DNA of 64,000 bases from assembly GCA_963792415.1 (NCBI GenBank), contig CAWBVY010000001.1, positions 224,001-288,000 on the forward strand, given 5' to 3'. The notes under the pieces were generated by a model. The model was not told where the DNA came from. It made no database searches and was given only the letters and a program-made list of their open reading frames with translations. Below are positions 48,521 to 58,849 of the stretch, piece by piece. The position numbers were made by a program, and so were the translations under genes. How positions within the stretch are numbered: the stretch's first letter is position 1; each line of letters starts with the position of its first letter. The DNA comes from Candidatus Deferrimicrobiaceae bacterium. GTDB lineage: Bacteria; Desulfobacterota; Deferrimicrobia; Deferrimicrobiales; Deferrimicrobiaceae.

Positions 48521-49624
48521 ATGTGGAAAAACCGCCGAAGGATCGTCGCCCTCCTCGGGGGGGCGGCAATTCTCCTCCTCCCGTTCCTCCGGATCCGCGG
48601 GCGCAGCGCGGCGCGCTTCGACCTTCCCACCCTCTCGCTCCACTTCTTCGGGGCGGTCGTCCCGATCGACGAGTTCTACCTGGTGCTCCTGGGCACGCTC
48701 TTCCTCGTGGCGCTCACCCTCTGGGTGACGGTCGTCTTCGGCAGATTGTGGTGCGGCTGGCTCTGCCCGCAGACGGTGATCCGGGAGATCGGCGAGTGGA
48801 TCGCCTCCGCGCTCCCGGCCCGGTTCCGCCGCGCAGGAAAGACGCTGGTGCTCCTCCCCTTCTCCGCCCTGGTGTCCCTCTCCCTCCTTTGGTACTTCGT
48901 CCCGCCGGCCGAGGCGACCCGCGACCTCTTCCGGTCCCCGGTCCTCCTCGGCTTCTTCCTGTCGCAGTGGGGAGTGATCTACATCATGGTGGCCGTCGTC
49001 GGACCCCGCTTCTGCAAAACGGCGTGCCCGTACGCGATGCTCCAGAACGTCCTCGCCGACCGGGAGACGCTCGCGGTCGCGTACGACCCGGCGCGACCGG
49101 AGTGCCTCCGGTGCGACGGGTGCATCCGGGCCTGCCCGGTGGGGATCGACATCCGTGCGGGCGTGCAGCGGGAGTGCATCGCCTGCGCGTCGTGCATCGA
49201 CGCCTGCCGGGAAGCGACGTCGGGCCATGACATCGCGCCCTTCATCGCCTACCGGGGAACGGTCCTGCGCGGGAAAGCGACCCTCTTCGCGGGGGGGTGC
49301 CTCGCCGCCTCGCTCGTCCTCCTCGCCGCGATGTGGATCCGTCCCGACGTCCGGTTCGCCGTGCAGTGGGAAGGGAAAGCCGGGACGCCGCGGGGGAACG
49401 TCTACCGGTACTCCGTCCGGAACGACTCGGACCGGCCGGTCGCGCTCGCGCTGTCCGTGGGGCGGCCGGCGCGTCTCCTCGACGATCCGGAGGTCGCGGT
49501 CCCCTCCCGGGGGCGCGTGACAGGCACGCTCACGGTGCAGGGGGGGAGCGGGACACCGGGGGAGATCCTCTTCACCGCCGAGGGGCGGGGGTTCCGCATC
49601 GTCCGGAAGGCGGCGTTCCCGTGA
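48521..49624 (+). CDS. ccoG: CcoG/FixG 4Fe-4S accessory protein
   Basis: GRLWCGWLCPQT, CKTACPY, CLRCDGCIRACPVGIDIR, CIACASCIDAC. Confidence 0.92.
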   Translation: MWKNRRRIVALLGGAAILLLPFLRIRGRSAARFDLPTLSLHFFGAVVPIDEFYLVLLGTLFLVALTLWVTVVFGRLWCGWLCPQTVIREIGEWIASALPARFRRAGKTLVLLPFSALVSLSLLWYFVPPAEATRDLFRSPVLLGFFLSQWGVIYIMVAVVGPRFCKTACPYAMLQNVLADRETLAVAYDPARPECLRCDGCIRACPVGIDIRAGVQRECIACASCIDACREATSGHDIAPFIAYRGTVLRGKATLFAGGCLAASLVLLAAMWIRPDVRFAVQWEGKAGTPRGNVYRYSVRNDSDRPVALALSVGRPARLLDDPEVAVPSRGRVTGTLTVQGGSGTPGEILFTAEGRGFRIVRKAAFP

Positions 49625-50052
49625 AGCGGCTGATCGGGGGACTGTTCGCCGCCTTCGCGCTCCTGATCGGCGCGACGGTCTACATCTCCTACCATTCCCG
49701 GGACGGCCTCGTCGATCGCCGCCCTTCCGAAACGGCGGGCCTCCTGCGCGGCGCCGTCGGCGGACAGGAGGTCCTCCTCTCGATCACCCCGTGGCCGCCG
49801 GTAACGATGCGTGACGTCGATTTCACCGTATCCCTTCCGGGATACGCGGGAAAAGCCCCACCGTACGTGGACCTGTCGATGGCCGGAATGGAGATGGGAC
49901 GGAACCGCGTCGATCTCTCCCGCGGGGCCGACGGCCGATACCGCGGGACGGGGGTGTTCGTCCGGTGCCCGAGCGGAAGGCACGACTGGGAAGCGACGGT
50001 GGCGGCCCCGGGCGCCGGGAAGGTGGTGTTCCGCTTTGCCGTGGCCGACTGA
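49621..50052 (+). CDS. FixH/YtkA-like membrane-anchored protein (ccoH position)
   Basis: N-terminal TM then DGLV; DLSMAGMEMG; position between ccoG and ccoI. Confidence 0.6.
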   Translation: MKRLIGGLFAAFALLIGATVYISYHSRDGLVDRRPSETAGLLRGAVGGQEVLLSITPWPPVTMRDVDFTVSLPGYAGKAPPYVDLSMAGMEMGRNRVDLSRGADGRYRGTGVFVRCPSGRHDWEATVAAPGAGKVVFRFAVAD

Positions 50053-50731
50053 CTCCCTCCCGTGGATCCTGTTCGTCACCGGGCTGGTGGGCGGCGCCGG
50101 CCATTGCGTCGGGATGTGCGGCCCGCTGGTCGCCGGATACGCGATCACGCTGCGGAACCGCGCGGCCACCCTTCCGCACCTCCTCTTCCACCTGGGCCGG
50201 GTGACCACGTACGGCATCGCCGGGGGGATCGTCGGGGCGTCGGGCTCCTTCGTCCGCGTCGCGGCGTGGGTCGCCCCCCTCCAGTCGTTTCTCCTCGCCG
50301 CGACCGGCGTGCTGATCGCGCTCATGGGGCTTTCGGTCGGCGGCTGGCTGCCGTGGGCGCGACGGATCGAGGGGAGCGGCCCTTTCCGGGGGGTCCTGGC
50401 CGGGGTCGCGCGACGCGCGGCCGAGGCGGGCGGCCCGGGCGCCGCCTTCCCCCTCGGCATGGCGACGGGACTGCTCCCGTGCGGGCTGGTCTACACCGCG
50501 CTCCTTTCGGCGGCGCGTTCCGGGATGGAGGGAGGCTCCCCGGCCGACGGGTTCGCCAGGGGATTCCTCGCGATGGCCGCCTTCGGGGCGGGAACGTTCC
50601 CCGCCCTGTTCCTGTTCGGCAAAGTGGTCGCGGCAACGGGCCCTCGCCTGCGCGGGGCGCTGGAGAAGGTCGCCGCCGCCCTCCTCGTCGCCGCCGGGGT
50701 GATGTTCACCGCGCGCGCGTTTCTCCATTGA
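50036..50731 (+). CDS. DsbD_2/TauE-SafE-like membrane protein of cbb3 assembly
   Basis: GHCVGMCGP, HLGRVTTY, GLLPCGLVY, FGAGTFP; start uncertain. Confidence 0.85.
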   Translation: MPWPTDSLPWILFVTGLVGGAGHCVGMCGPLVAGYAITLRNRAATLPHLLFHLGRVTTYGIAGGIVGASGSFVRVAAWVAPLQSFLLAATGVLIALMGLSVGGWLPWARRIEGSGPFRGVLAGVARRAAEAGGPGAAFPLGMATGLLPCGLVYTALLSAARSGMEGGSPADGFARGFLAMAAFGAGTFPALFLFGKVVAATGPRLRGALEKVAAALLVAAGVMFTARAFLH

Positions 50732-50745
50732 GAGGAGGCCGGGCC

Positions 50746-53151
50746 ATGGCGGTCTGCGCGCACTGCCTACTTGAGGTGTCGGAGGAGTCCGCGACCCGGG
50801 AGACGATCGACGGGAAAGATACGATCTTCTGCTGCCCCGGGTGCCGTGCGATCCACGGCCTCCTGCGCTCCGAGGGGTTGACCGGCTTCTACGCCCGACG
50901 CCACGGGTGGACCCCCGGCCCCCCGGAGAGCGCCCGGGTTCCGCTCGACGCGTTCGACGGGGTCGTCCGCACCTCGGGCCGACAGGCCGAGGCCGACCTC
51001 GTCCTCTCCGGGATCCGGTGCGCCTCCTGCGTCTGGCTCATCGAGCGGTATCTCGGGGGGCGCCCCGGCGTTCTCTCCACGCGCGTCAATTTCGCCACCG
51101 GCAGGGCCCGAATCTCCTGGAACCCGTCGGAAACCGGGATCGGAGACGTCATCCTCGCGATCCGCGCCCTCGGGTACACGCCGTATCCCCCCGACGCGCT
51201 CCCCGTCGGAGACGCCCTTCGGCGGGAAACGTCGGATCTGCTGCTGCGCTTCGGAACCGCGGCGTTCCTCTCGATGCAGGTGATGCTCTTCACCGCCGGG
51301 CTCTACGCCGGCTACTTCCAGGGGATCGACGCGCGGTACGAGCAGCTTTTCCGTTGGCTCTGTTTCCTCCTCTCCACTCCGGTCGTCTTCTACTCCGGCG
51401 CGCCCTTCTTCCTCGGCGCCCTCCGCGGAGCGCGCCACGGGGCGTTCGGGATGGACGCCCTCGTCTTCCTCGGCGCCTTCTCCGCGTACGGCTACAGCAC
51501 CGCCTCGCTGTTCCTCGGGGGGGAGGTGTATTTCGACACGGCCACGATGATCCTGACCCTGATCCTCCTTGGCCGGTACATCGAGGCGGGGGCGCGGTCC
51601 CGCGCCGCCGACGGGATCTCCAGGCTCGTGCGGCTCGCGCCCCTGATGGCCCGGAAGACGGTACCGGGCGGCGGGACCATCGACGTCCCGGTCGCCTCCC
51701 TTTCTCCGGGGGACCTCGTGGAGATCGTCCCCGGGGAGCGGATGCCGGCCGACGGGGACGTGATCGAAGGGAATTCGGAGGCGGACGAGTCGATGCTGAC
51801 CGGGGAGTCGACCGCCGTGTCCAAAATCGCGGGCGATCCGGTCGTCGCCGGGTCGCTGAACGGTACGGGACGGCTCCTCGTCCGCGTCGTCCGGACCGGC
51901 GGGGAGACCGTCCTGTCCCGCGTCGTGCAGGCGGTGGAGGAGGCGCAGGCGCGAAAGGCGCCGATCCAGCGTGTGGCCGATCGCGTGGTCCACTTCTTCG
52001 TGCCGGCGATCCTCCTCGTCGCCGCGGGGACGGTTTTCCTGGGACTTCACGGCGGTTCGCTCCCCCGCGCCGCGCTGATGGCGGGAATCTCGGTGCTGGT
52101 GATCGCCTGCCCGTGCGCCCTCGGGCTGGCCACGCCGCTCGCCGTCCTCGTGGGAACCACCTCCGCGCAGGCGCGCGGGATCCTGGTCCGCGGGGGGGAC
52201 GTTCTCGAGCAGGCGGCCGGGGTGCGATGCGTCCTGTTCGACAAGACGGGGACGCTCACTCTCGGCCGCCCCCGGCTCACCGACGTCGAGGGGATCGGGA
52301 TCGGACGCGAGGACGCCCTCCGGATCGCCGCGTCCCTCGAGGCGTCTTCGGAGCATGCGATCGGACGCGCGATCACGGATGCGCTTCCGGCCGACCGGCG
52401 CCTTCCGGTCCAGGGGTTCCGGGCGCACCCGGGGGAAGGGATCGAAGGGGAGATCGACGGGGTGCGCTACCTGCTGGGCCGCCCGGAACTGCTCGAGCGC
52501 TTCGGGGTCCCCGTGGACGGGGAGGCGTCCCGGGCGTACGCGGCGCATTCGGCCTTGCTTCGGACCGCGGTCCTCCTCTCCGACGGCTCGAGGCCCCTCG
52601 CGGTCCTCGCCACGGAGGACGCCCTCCGGCCGGAGGCGGCCGCGGCCGTTTCCCTCCTGCGGACCTCCGGGACCGCCGTCGCGATGGTCACGGGGGACGA
52701 CCCGGGCGTCGCGGCGCGCGTGGCCGGGGAGGTCGGAATCGGAGAGATCCGCGCCCGCATCACGCCGGAAGGGAAGCGCGAGGAGGTGCGCCGGGCGCGG
52801 GAACGGTTCGGCCCCGTCCTCGTCGTCGGCGACGGCGTCAACGACGCCCCCGCCCTCGCGGAGGCGGACGTCGGGGTCGCGATGGGACGCGGAACGGGAC
52901 TTGCGATCCACAGCGCCGGCGCGACGCTGATGACGGAGGACCTGCTGCGGATCCCCGCCTTCCTCGCGCTCTCCCGCGCCACGATGCGGGTGATCCGGCA
53001 GAACCTGTTCTGGGCTTTCTCCTACAACCTGGTGGCGGTACCGCTCGCGGTGGCGGGGAAGCTCCACCCGATCGCCGCCGCGGCCTTCATGGCCGTGAGC
53101 TCCCTCATCGTGGTGGGGAACTCGCTGCGATTGCGGAGAGGGGGCCGGTAG
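50746..53151 (+). CDS. ccoI: P1B-type copper ATPase for cbb3 assembly
   Basis: CAHC..FCCPGC, CASC, TGES, CPCALGLATP, DKTGTLT, GDGVND. Confidence 0.95.
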   Translation: MAVCAHCLLEVSEESATRETIDGKDTIFCCPGCRAIHGLLRSEGLTGFYARRHGWTPGPPESARVPLDAFDGVVRTSGRQAEADLVLSGIRCASCVWLIERYLGGRPGVLSTRVNFATGRARISWNPSETGIGDVILAIRALGYTPYPPDALPVGDALRRETSDLLLRFGTAAFLSMQVMLFTAGLYAGYFQGIDARYEQLFRWLCFLLSTPVVFYSGAPFFLGALRGARHGAFGMDALVFLGAFSAYGYSTASLFLGGEVYFDTATMILTLILLGRYIEAGARSRAADGISRLVRLAPLMARKTVPGGGTIDVPVASLSPGDLVEIVPGERMPADGDVIEGNSEADESMLTGESTAVSKIAGDPVVAGSLNGTGRLLVRVVRTGGETVLSRVVQAVEEAQARKAPIQRVADRVVHFFVPAILLVAAGTVFLGLHGGSLPRAALMAGISVLVIACPCALGLATPLAVLVGTTSAQARGILVRGGDVLEQAAGVRCVLFDKTGTLTLGRPRLTDVEGIGIGREDALRIAASLEASSEHAIGRAITDALPADRRLPVQGFRAHPGEGIEGEIDGVRYLLGRPELLERFGVPVDGEASRAYAAHSALLRTAVLLSDGSRPLAVLATEDALRPEAAAAVSLLRTSGTAVAMVTGDDPGVAARVAGEVGIGEIRARITPEGKREEVRRARERFGPVLVVGDGVNDAPALAEADVGVAMGRGTGLAIHSAGATLMTEDLLRIPAFLALSRATMRVIRQNLFWAFSYNLVAVPLAVAGKLHPIAAAAFMAVSSLIVVGNSLRLRRGGR

Positions 53152-53153
53152 CC

Positions 53154-53309
53154 GTGTGGACGACGCTTCTGCTGATCGCCGTGTCGCTGGCGCTGGGATT
53201 CGCCGCCTGGCTGCTCTTCCTATGGGCGGTGAAAAGCGATCAGTACGACGACGTGGAGCGCCCCAAGCACCGCATGCTCGACGACGATCCGGAGGATCGT
53301 GACCGATGA
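53154..53309 (+). CDS. ccoS: cbb3 assembly protein CcoS
   Basis: TM + FLWAVKSDQYDD signature. Confidence 0.88.
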   Translation: MWTTLLLIAVSLALGFAAWLLFLWAVKSDQYDDVERPKHRMLDDDPEDRDR

Positions 53310-53396
53310 CGAAAGGGTTCTTCGAGCCGGTTCCGGAAACTTTCCGGCGGTGGAAGGAACCTAATGGGATATTTCGCACAGGAAAGGAGCGAACGG

Positions 53397-54407
53397 ATGA
53401 TTGCCGCGGTGTGTGACGCCTTCGGGAAGCCGCTCACGATCAGGGAAGTTCCGACCCCCTCCCCCGGGCCCGGGGAGCTTCTGGTCAAGGTCCACGCGTG
53501 CGGGGTCTGCCACAGCGACCTTCACCTGGTCGACGGGGACTGGGCGGCGTGGGGAACCCCCCTTCCGATCATCCCCGGACACGAAGTGACCGGAATCGTC
53601 GAAAAGGTCGGCGACGGCGTGACCGCGTTCGCCCCGGGCGACCGCGCGGGAGTGCCGTGGATGCAGTACGCCTGCGGGCGGTGCGCTCCGTGCAAGGCCG
53701 GGGCGGAGATGCTGTGCGCGGCCCAGCGGAGCACCGGGGTGACGGTGAACGGCGGCTATGCCGAGTACGTTTCCGCGCCGGAGGCGTTCGTCCACAGGAT
53801 CCCCGAAGGGCTGGACCTGGTGGAGGCGGCCCCCCTGCTCTGCGCGGGCGTGACTGTGTTCGCCCCGCTGCGGCGGGCGGGGAACCTTGCCGGAAAGACC
53901 GTCGCGGTGGCCGGGATCGGGGGGCTGGGGCACCTCGGCGTCAGGATCGCGGCGGCGATGGGCGCCCACGTGGTCGCCATCGTACGCGGACCGGGGAAGG
54001 CGGAGCTCGCCCGCTCGCTCGGAGCCCACGACGTCATCGACTCCGAGAAGGAGAAGATCGGCCGGGCGTTGACGAAGATGGGCGGCGCCGACGTCATCCT
54101 GCTCACCGCGATCTCCGCACGGCTCTTCGAGCAGTGCATCCCGGGGCTGGGGCCGAACGGGACGCTGGTGATCCTCGCGGCGATCGCCGAGAACGCCTCG
54201 GTCCTCCCGGCGGGGATCATCGCGGGACAGAAGCGGATCGTCGGGTCGCTGATCGGCACCCGGGACGACATGGACGCGATGCTCCGGTTCGCCGCGGACC
54301 ACGGCATCCGGTCGACGGTGGAGCGGCACCCCCTCTCCGCGGTCAACGAGGTGCTCGGGAAGCTGCGGGACGGCAAGGTCCGCCTGCGGGCGGTGCTCAA
54401 CCCGTAG
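53397..54407 (+). CDS. Zn-dependent alcohol dehydrogenase (AdhP-like)
   Basis: CGVCHSD, GHE, structural Zn CGRCAPC..C, GIGGLG. Confidence 0.93.
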   Translation: MIAAVCDAFGKPLTIREVPTPSPGPGELLVKVHACGVCHSDLHLVDGDWAAWGTPLPIIPGHEVTGIVEKVGDGVTAFAPGDRAGVPWMQYACGRCAPCKAGAEMLCAAQRSTGVTVNGGYAEYVSAPEAFVHRIPEGLDLVEAAPLLCAGVTVFAPLRRAGNLAGKTVAVAGIGGLGHLGVRIAAAMGAHVVAIVRGPGKAELARSLGAHDVIDSEKEKIGRALTKMGGADVILLTAISARLFEQCIPGLGPNGTLVILAAIAENASVLPAGIIAGQKRIVGSLIGTRDDMDAMLRFAADHGIRSTVERHPLSAVNEVLGKLRDGKVRLRAVLNP

Positions 54408-54453
54408 CCCGCCGCTCCGGAGAAGCGCGGCTGCTGCGGGCAGGGGCGGCGGG

Positions 54454-55686
54454 TTACCGCGAGGCGAGGACCGCCAGCGCCTCGACGTGGTGGGTGTTGG
54501 GAAAGAAGTCGTGCATCTCGAGCGAAACGAGATCGTACCGGTCCGACAGGGAGCGGACGTCCCTCGCCAGGGTCGCCGGGTCGCACGAGACGTAGAGGAC
54601 GATTCCGGCGGCGACCTCCCGGACCCGCGCCAGCGCGCGTCCCGAAAGGCCCGCCCGCGGGGGATCGAGAACCAGCGCGTCGAACCGCCCTTCCGGCCGG
54701 AACGTTTCGACGCTCGAGCGGACGATCCGCACGTTCCCGAGGGCATTCTCCCGGACGTTCCCGCGCAGCTCCCGGAACGACCGCGCCTCCCCTTCGACCG
54801 CGACGACCTCCCGGACCGTGGCCGCCAGGGGAAGCGCGAAGTTCCCGGCGCCCGCGTAGAGATCGAGCAGACGCGCTCCCGCGGACACCCCGCGGTCCCC
54901 GAGGATCGCCCCGATCCGGCGCACCATCGCCTGGTTCATCCGCCAGTTCGCCTGGAAGAAGCCGCGGGGCGAGACGGAGTACGAAATCCCGTCCAGCGGG
55001 AGCGTGATCCGTTCCTCCCCCCAGGAACGATCCTCGAACCGCGCGCCGGAGAGGACGCCCCCGGTCCGCCCGGCGAGGTGCTCGAGCATCCCTTTTCCGA
55101 ACGGGACCCCGGGGAAGGCGGCGGACGCCCGGACGCCGTCGGTGGCCACCTGGACCTCGGAGACCTTCGCGAAGCGGCCGAGCCCGCGCAGCCCGGGGAG
55201 GACGGCGTTGATCGCGTCGAGCATCAACGGGCAGCGGGATATCGCCACGAGGCGGTGGGACCTCTCCCCGTGGAACCCGACCGCCTCCCCGTCCACCCGG
55301 AACCTCCCGCGGTACCGGTACCCGAACGGCTCCGACGGGGGTGCGATCTCCGGCGCGACGTCCATCTTCCCGATCCGGCGGAACGCCTCCCGCAGGATCT
55401 CCCGCTTCATCTCGAGCTGATACGGGTAGTCCGAGTGCTGCAGCTGGCATCCCCCGCACAGCCCGTACACCTCGCACGGGGGGGCCACGCGGCGCGGCGA
55501 GGGGGAAAGGACCTCCACCGCCTCGGCGAAGGCGTACTCCCGCTTCCTCCCCACGAGGCGCACCGAGACGATCTCTCCCGGGAGGGCCCACCGGACGAAC
55601 AGGACCCCCATCCCTTCCGGGCGCGCGAGGGCGTATCCCCCGTGCACCGGCGCGCCCGTCGTCACCGTCATCCGGCCTACCGTCAC
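54454..55686 (-). CDS. rlmD: 23S rRNA m5U methyltransferase (RlmD/TrmA family, TRAM domain)
   Basis: C..YG.CGGCQLQH, FFQAN, DLYAGAG, DPPRAG, YVSCDPATLARD, FFPNTHHVE. Confidence 0.88.
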   Translation of the reverse strand: MTVGRMTVTTGAPVHGGYALARPEGMGVLFVRWALPGEIVSVRLVGRKREYAFAEAVEVLSPSPRRVAPPCEVYGLCGGCQLQHSDYPYQLEMKREILREAFRRIGKMDVAPEIAPPSEPFGYRYRGRFRVDGEAVGFHGERSHRLVAISRCPLMLDAINAVLPGLRGLGRFAKVSEVQVATDGVRASAAFPGVPFGKGMLEHLAGRTGGVLSGARFEDRSWGEERITLPLDGISYSVSPRGFFQANWRMNQAMVRRIGAILGDRGVSAGARLLDLYAGAGNFALPLAATVREVVAVEGEARSFRELRGNVRENALGNVRIVRSSVETFRPEGRFDALVLDPPRAGLSGRALARVREVAAGIVLYVSCDPATLARDVRSLSDRYDLVSLEMHDFFPNTHHVEALAVLASR

Positions 55687-55855
55687 ACGGTGCCCCCCGT
55701 TATTCCTGCAGTTCCTCCAACGACCGTCATCTTACCGTTTTCGCGGGAAGGAAGCTCCGGACAGCGGGGAGGAAGTGGAGCGCGTCGAGAATACATCGTG
55801 TATACACCGTGCTAAAATCCATAGAATTGTCGGACATTTCGTCAGGAGGATGCGC

Positions 55856-58849
55856 ATGGAAGCCGCCGCCGAACGCAGGATGGACCGGGACGTCCTTCGG
55901 AACCTCCGGGCCACCACCGGAGCCGCCAGGGAAAATCTCGCCTGGCTCCACGCCAACATGGCGCCGATCTTCTTTCACACGATGCGGGAGGAGCCGGAGG
56001 CGGTCGCATCCCTCTGCCTCCACCTGCGCGACCTCTCCCGGAACCGTCACCTGGTCCTCGCCGACCGCGAGAAGGAGCTGATGCTCGCGAGTCTCTCCGT
56101 GCCCGGCTCCCTGTACGAGACGCTGCGGCACCTCAACCGCGAGATCTCCTACGCGCAGATCACCCATTCGTATTCGAACGTCCCGGGGGCGGACAAGGAG
56201 CTCGAGTTCCAGCGGTACCAGTTCGACCGGAAAGCGGAGTCCGAGATCTCCGTCTCGGAAGACCCCGGCATTCCGGACCGGATCCGGCGAGGCATCTTCG
56301 CCTCCCTGCGGAGCTTCTCCCCCCCTGTCCCTTCATCGGCCCGGGAGGATCTGCTGCGCATGCTGTGGTGCAACAACCCGGGGTACGTCCGCGTTTCCCC
56401 GCCGGAGCGCGTTGCCCGGATCCTGTGGCTCCTCCACCAGGCGAAAAGCCGCATGGGGATCCACATCGGGGTGGAGGAAGCCCACACGGGGGGAGGCGAG
56501 GGATCGCGGGAGAGCCGCGTGTACTTCGCCGTCGGGAACCCGCCGCAGAAGGACCACCTGCTCCAGGTGATGGAAGTGTTCAACCGGCTCAACCTCGGCG
56601 TCCGGCGCGCGTACACCCTCACGATCTCCACCGGCTCCTTCCCCTACTTCCTCGGGACGTTCTACGTGATCCGCCGCGAGGGGGGACTCCTCGAGAAGGA
56701 TTCCCCCCTCTTCCGCCGGCTGTGCCGCGAACTCTACAACACGCAGATCCTGACCACCAGCTGGGGGGTGTACCAGGAGTTCGTCCTCACGCGCCTGATG
56801 ACGGGGGAGGAGGCGTCCCTCGTGAACGCCTTCATCGGCTTCTGCCACACGAGCCTCGCCCACAACCAGCCCCACCAGTTCACCTTCGAGGACGTTTCCC
56901 GGGCGTTCCACTCCCACCCCGACATCGCCCTCCAGCTCACGCGCCTCTTCGAGCTGCGGTTCGACCCGGAGATCGCCGACCGGGAACCGGCGTATGAAGC
57001 GGCGCTCGCGGCCGCGACGAAGGAGATCGAGGAGTACAACACGGGCCATCGGCAACTGGACGAGTTCCGCCGGACGATCTTCCGGTCCACCCTCTCCTTC
57101 ATCCGCCGGACGCTCAAGACGAACTTCTTCGTCCCGGAGAAGCACGCGCTCGCCTTCCGCCTCGACCCGGCCTACCTCGACGATCTCGGCCCCGAATTCA
57201 CCTCGGACCTTCCCGCGGGCCGGCCCTTCCGGGTCACCTACTTCTTCGGGCGCAACGGCCTCGGGTACCACATCGGCTTCTCCGACATCGCCCGCGGGGG
57301 GTGGCGGACCCTGGTCACCCGGACCCGCGACGACTACGTCACGGTGGCGAACACCCTGTTCCGCGAGAACTACGTCCTCGCCCACACGCAGCACCTGAAG
57401 AACAAGGACATCTACGAGGGCGGCTCGAAGATGGTGGTCGTGATCAACGCGCCGGACCTTCAGACGAAGGACCGGGTGACCCTGCGGCTCCACAAGGTCC
57501 AGTACGCCTTCATCAACGCCTTCCTCGACATCTTCGTGACGGAAGACGGGAAGGCGAAGGATCCCCGGGTGGTCGACTATTACGGCGAGGACGAGCCGAT
57601 CGAGCTGGGACCCGACGAGAACATGCACGACGAGATGATCGAGATGATCGCGGAGCTTTCCCTCCGGAGGGGGTACCTGCTCGGGATCGGCATCATGTCC
57701 AGCAAGCGGGTGGGGATCAACCACAAGGAGTACGGCGTCACCTCGACCGGGGTGGTGAAATTCGCCGAGATCGCCATGCGCGAGATGGGCGTCGACATCC
57801 GGACCGACCCGTTTTCGGTGAAGTTCACCGGGGGGCCGAACGGGGACGTGGCCGGGAACGCGATGCGGATCCTCCTCGGCCGGTGTCCGAAGGCGGAGAT
57901 CCGGCTGATCCTCGACGGCACCGGCGCCCTCTGCGATCCGGCGGGGATCGACCGCGGCGAGCTCTCCCGCATCGTCCTGAACGGCGACGTCGAGGCGTTC
58001 CGACCCGAGAAACTCCACCCGGGGGGATTCCTCCTCTACCGGAACGAGCGGCGCACGGAAGGGCTGCGGGAACTGTACAAGCGGGTGGACCGGACCGAGG
58101 CGGGCGTCGTTCCGTCGTGGGTCACGGTGGACGAGTTCAACAAGGAGTTCGGGCGGCTCCTCTTCACCGTCCCCGCCGACCTCTTCCTCCCGTCGGGGGG
58201 ACGGCCGGAAACCGTCGACGCCACGAACTGGAAGCGCTTCTTCGGGGAGGACGGGACGCCCACGGCGCGCGTGATCGTCGAGGGGGCGAACTCCTTCCTC
58301 ACCCCGGAGGCCCGGACGGAGCTCCAGAAGCGGGGCATCGTGGTCCTTCGGGACGCCTCCGCGAACAAGTGCGGCGTCATCTCCTCCTCCTACGAGATCA
58401 TCGGCAACCTGCTGATGAAGGAGAGGGAGTTCCTCGCGCACAAGGAGGAGTACGTCCGGGACGTGCTGGCGATCCTCGAAAAGCGGGCGGAGGACGAGGC
58501 GCTCCTCATCTTCCGGCGCAAGAGGGAGGCGGGGGCGTCGCTGTCGTATACCGAGATCTCCGACGCGATCAGCGTGGAGATCAACGGCCACTACGCCCGG
58601 CTGTTCGATTTCTTCCGGTCGCGGCCCGCGCTGGCGCAGTCGCCTCCGTACCGCCGCGCGCTCCTGTCGCACCTGCCGCGGTTCCTCCGCGCGAACGTCA
58701 GGTTCCGGCGGAGGATCGCGAACCTGCCCGTCAAGTACGGGTGGGCGATCCTGGCGAGCGAGATCGCGTCGACGATCGTCTACCGGGGCGGGTTCGAGCG
58801 GGACCTCGAGGGGGACCTGAACCGGTACGCGGAGAAGATGTTCCCCTGA
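55856..58849 (+). CDS. large NAD-specific glutamate dehydrogenase
   Basis: DIARGGWR, KNKDIYEGGSK, GPDEN, GINHKEYGVTS, TGGPNGDVAGN, EGANSF, ANKCGVISSSYE; AGGAGG RBS. Confidence 0.92.
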   Translation: MEAAAERRMDRDVLRNLRATTGAARENLAWLHANMAPIFFHTMREEPEAVASLCLHLRDLSRNRHLVLADREKELMLASLSVPGSLYETLRHLNREISYAQITHSYSNVPGADKELEFQRYQFDRKAESEISVSEDPGIPDRIRRGIFASLRSFSPPVPSSAREDLLRMLWCNNPGYVRVSPPERVARILWLLHQAKSRMGIHIGVEEAHTGGGEGSRESRVYFAVGNPPQKDHLLQVMEVFNRLNLGVRRAYTLTISTGSFPYFLGTFYVIRREGGLLEKDSPLFRRLCRELYNTQILTTSWGVYQEFVLTRLMTGEEASLVNAFIGFCHTSLAHNQPHQFTFEDVSRAFHSHPDIALQLTRLFELRFDPEIADREPAYEAALAAATKEIEEYNTGHRQLDEFRRTIFRSTLSFIRRTLKTNFFVPEKHALAFRLDPAYLDDLGPEFTSDLPAGRPFRVTYFFGRNGLGYHIGFSDIARGGWRTLVTRTRDDYVTVANTLFRENYVLAHTQHLKNKDIYEGGSKMVVVINAPDLQTKDRVTLRLHKVQYAFINAFLDIFVTEDGKAKDPRVVDYYGEDEPIELGPDENMHDEMIEMIAELSLRRGYLLGIGIMSSKRVGINHKEYGVTSTGVVKFAEIAMREMGVDIRTDPFSVKFTGGPNGDVAGNAMRILLGRCPKAEIRLILDGTGALCDPAGIDRGELSRIVLNGDVEAFRPEKLHPGGFLLYRNERRTEGLRELYKRVDRTEAGVVPSWVTVDEFNKEFGRLLFTVPADLFLPSGGRPETVDATNWKRFFGEDGTPTARVIVEGANSFLTPEARTELQKRGIVVLRDASANKCGVISSSYEIIGNLLMKEREFLAHKEEYVRDVLAILEKRAEDEALLIFRRKREAGASLSYTEISDAISVEINGHYARLFDFFRSRPALAQSPPYRRALLSHLPRFLRANVRFRRRIANLPVKYGWAILASEIASTIVYRGGFERDLEGDLNRYAEKMFP

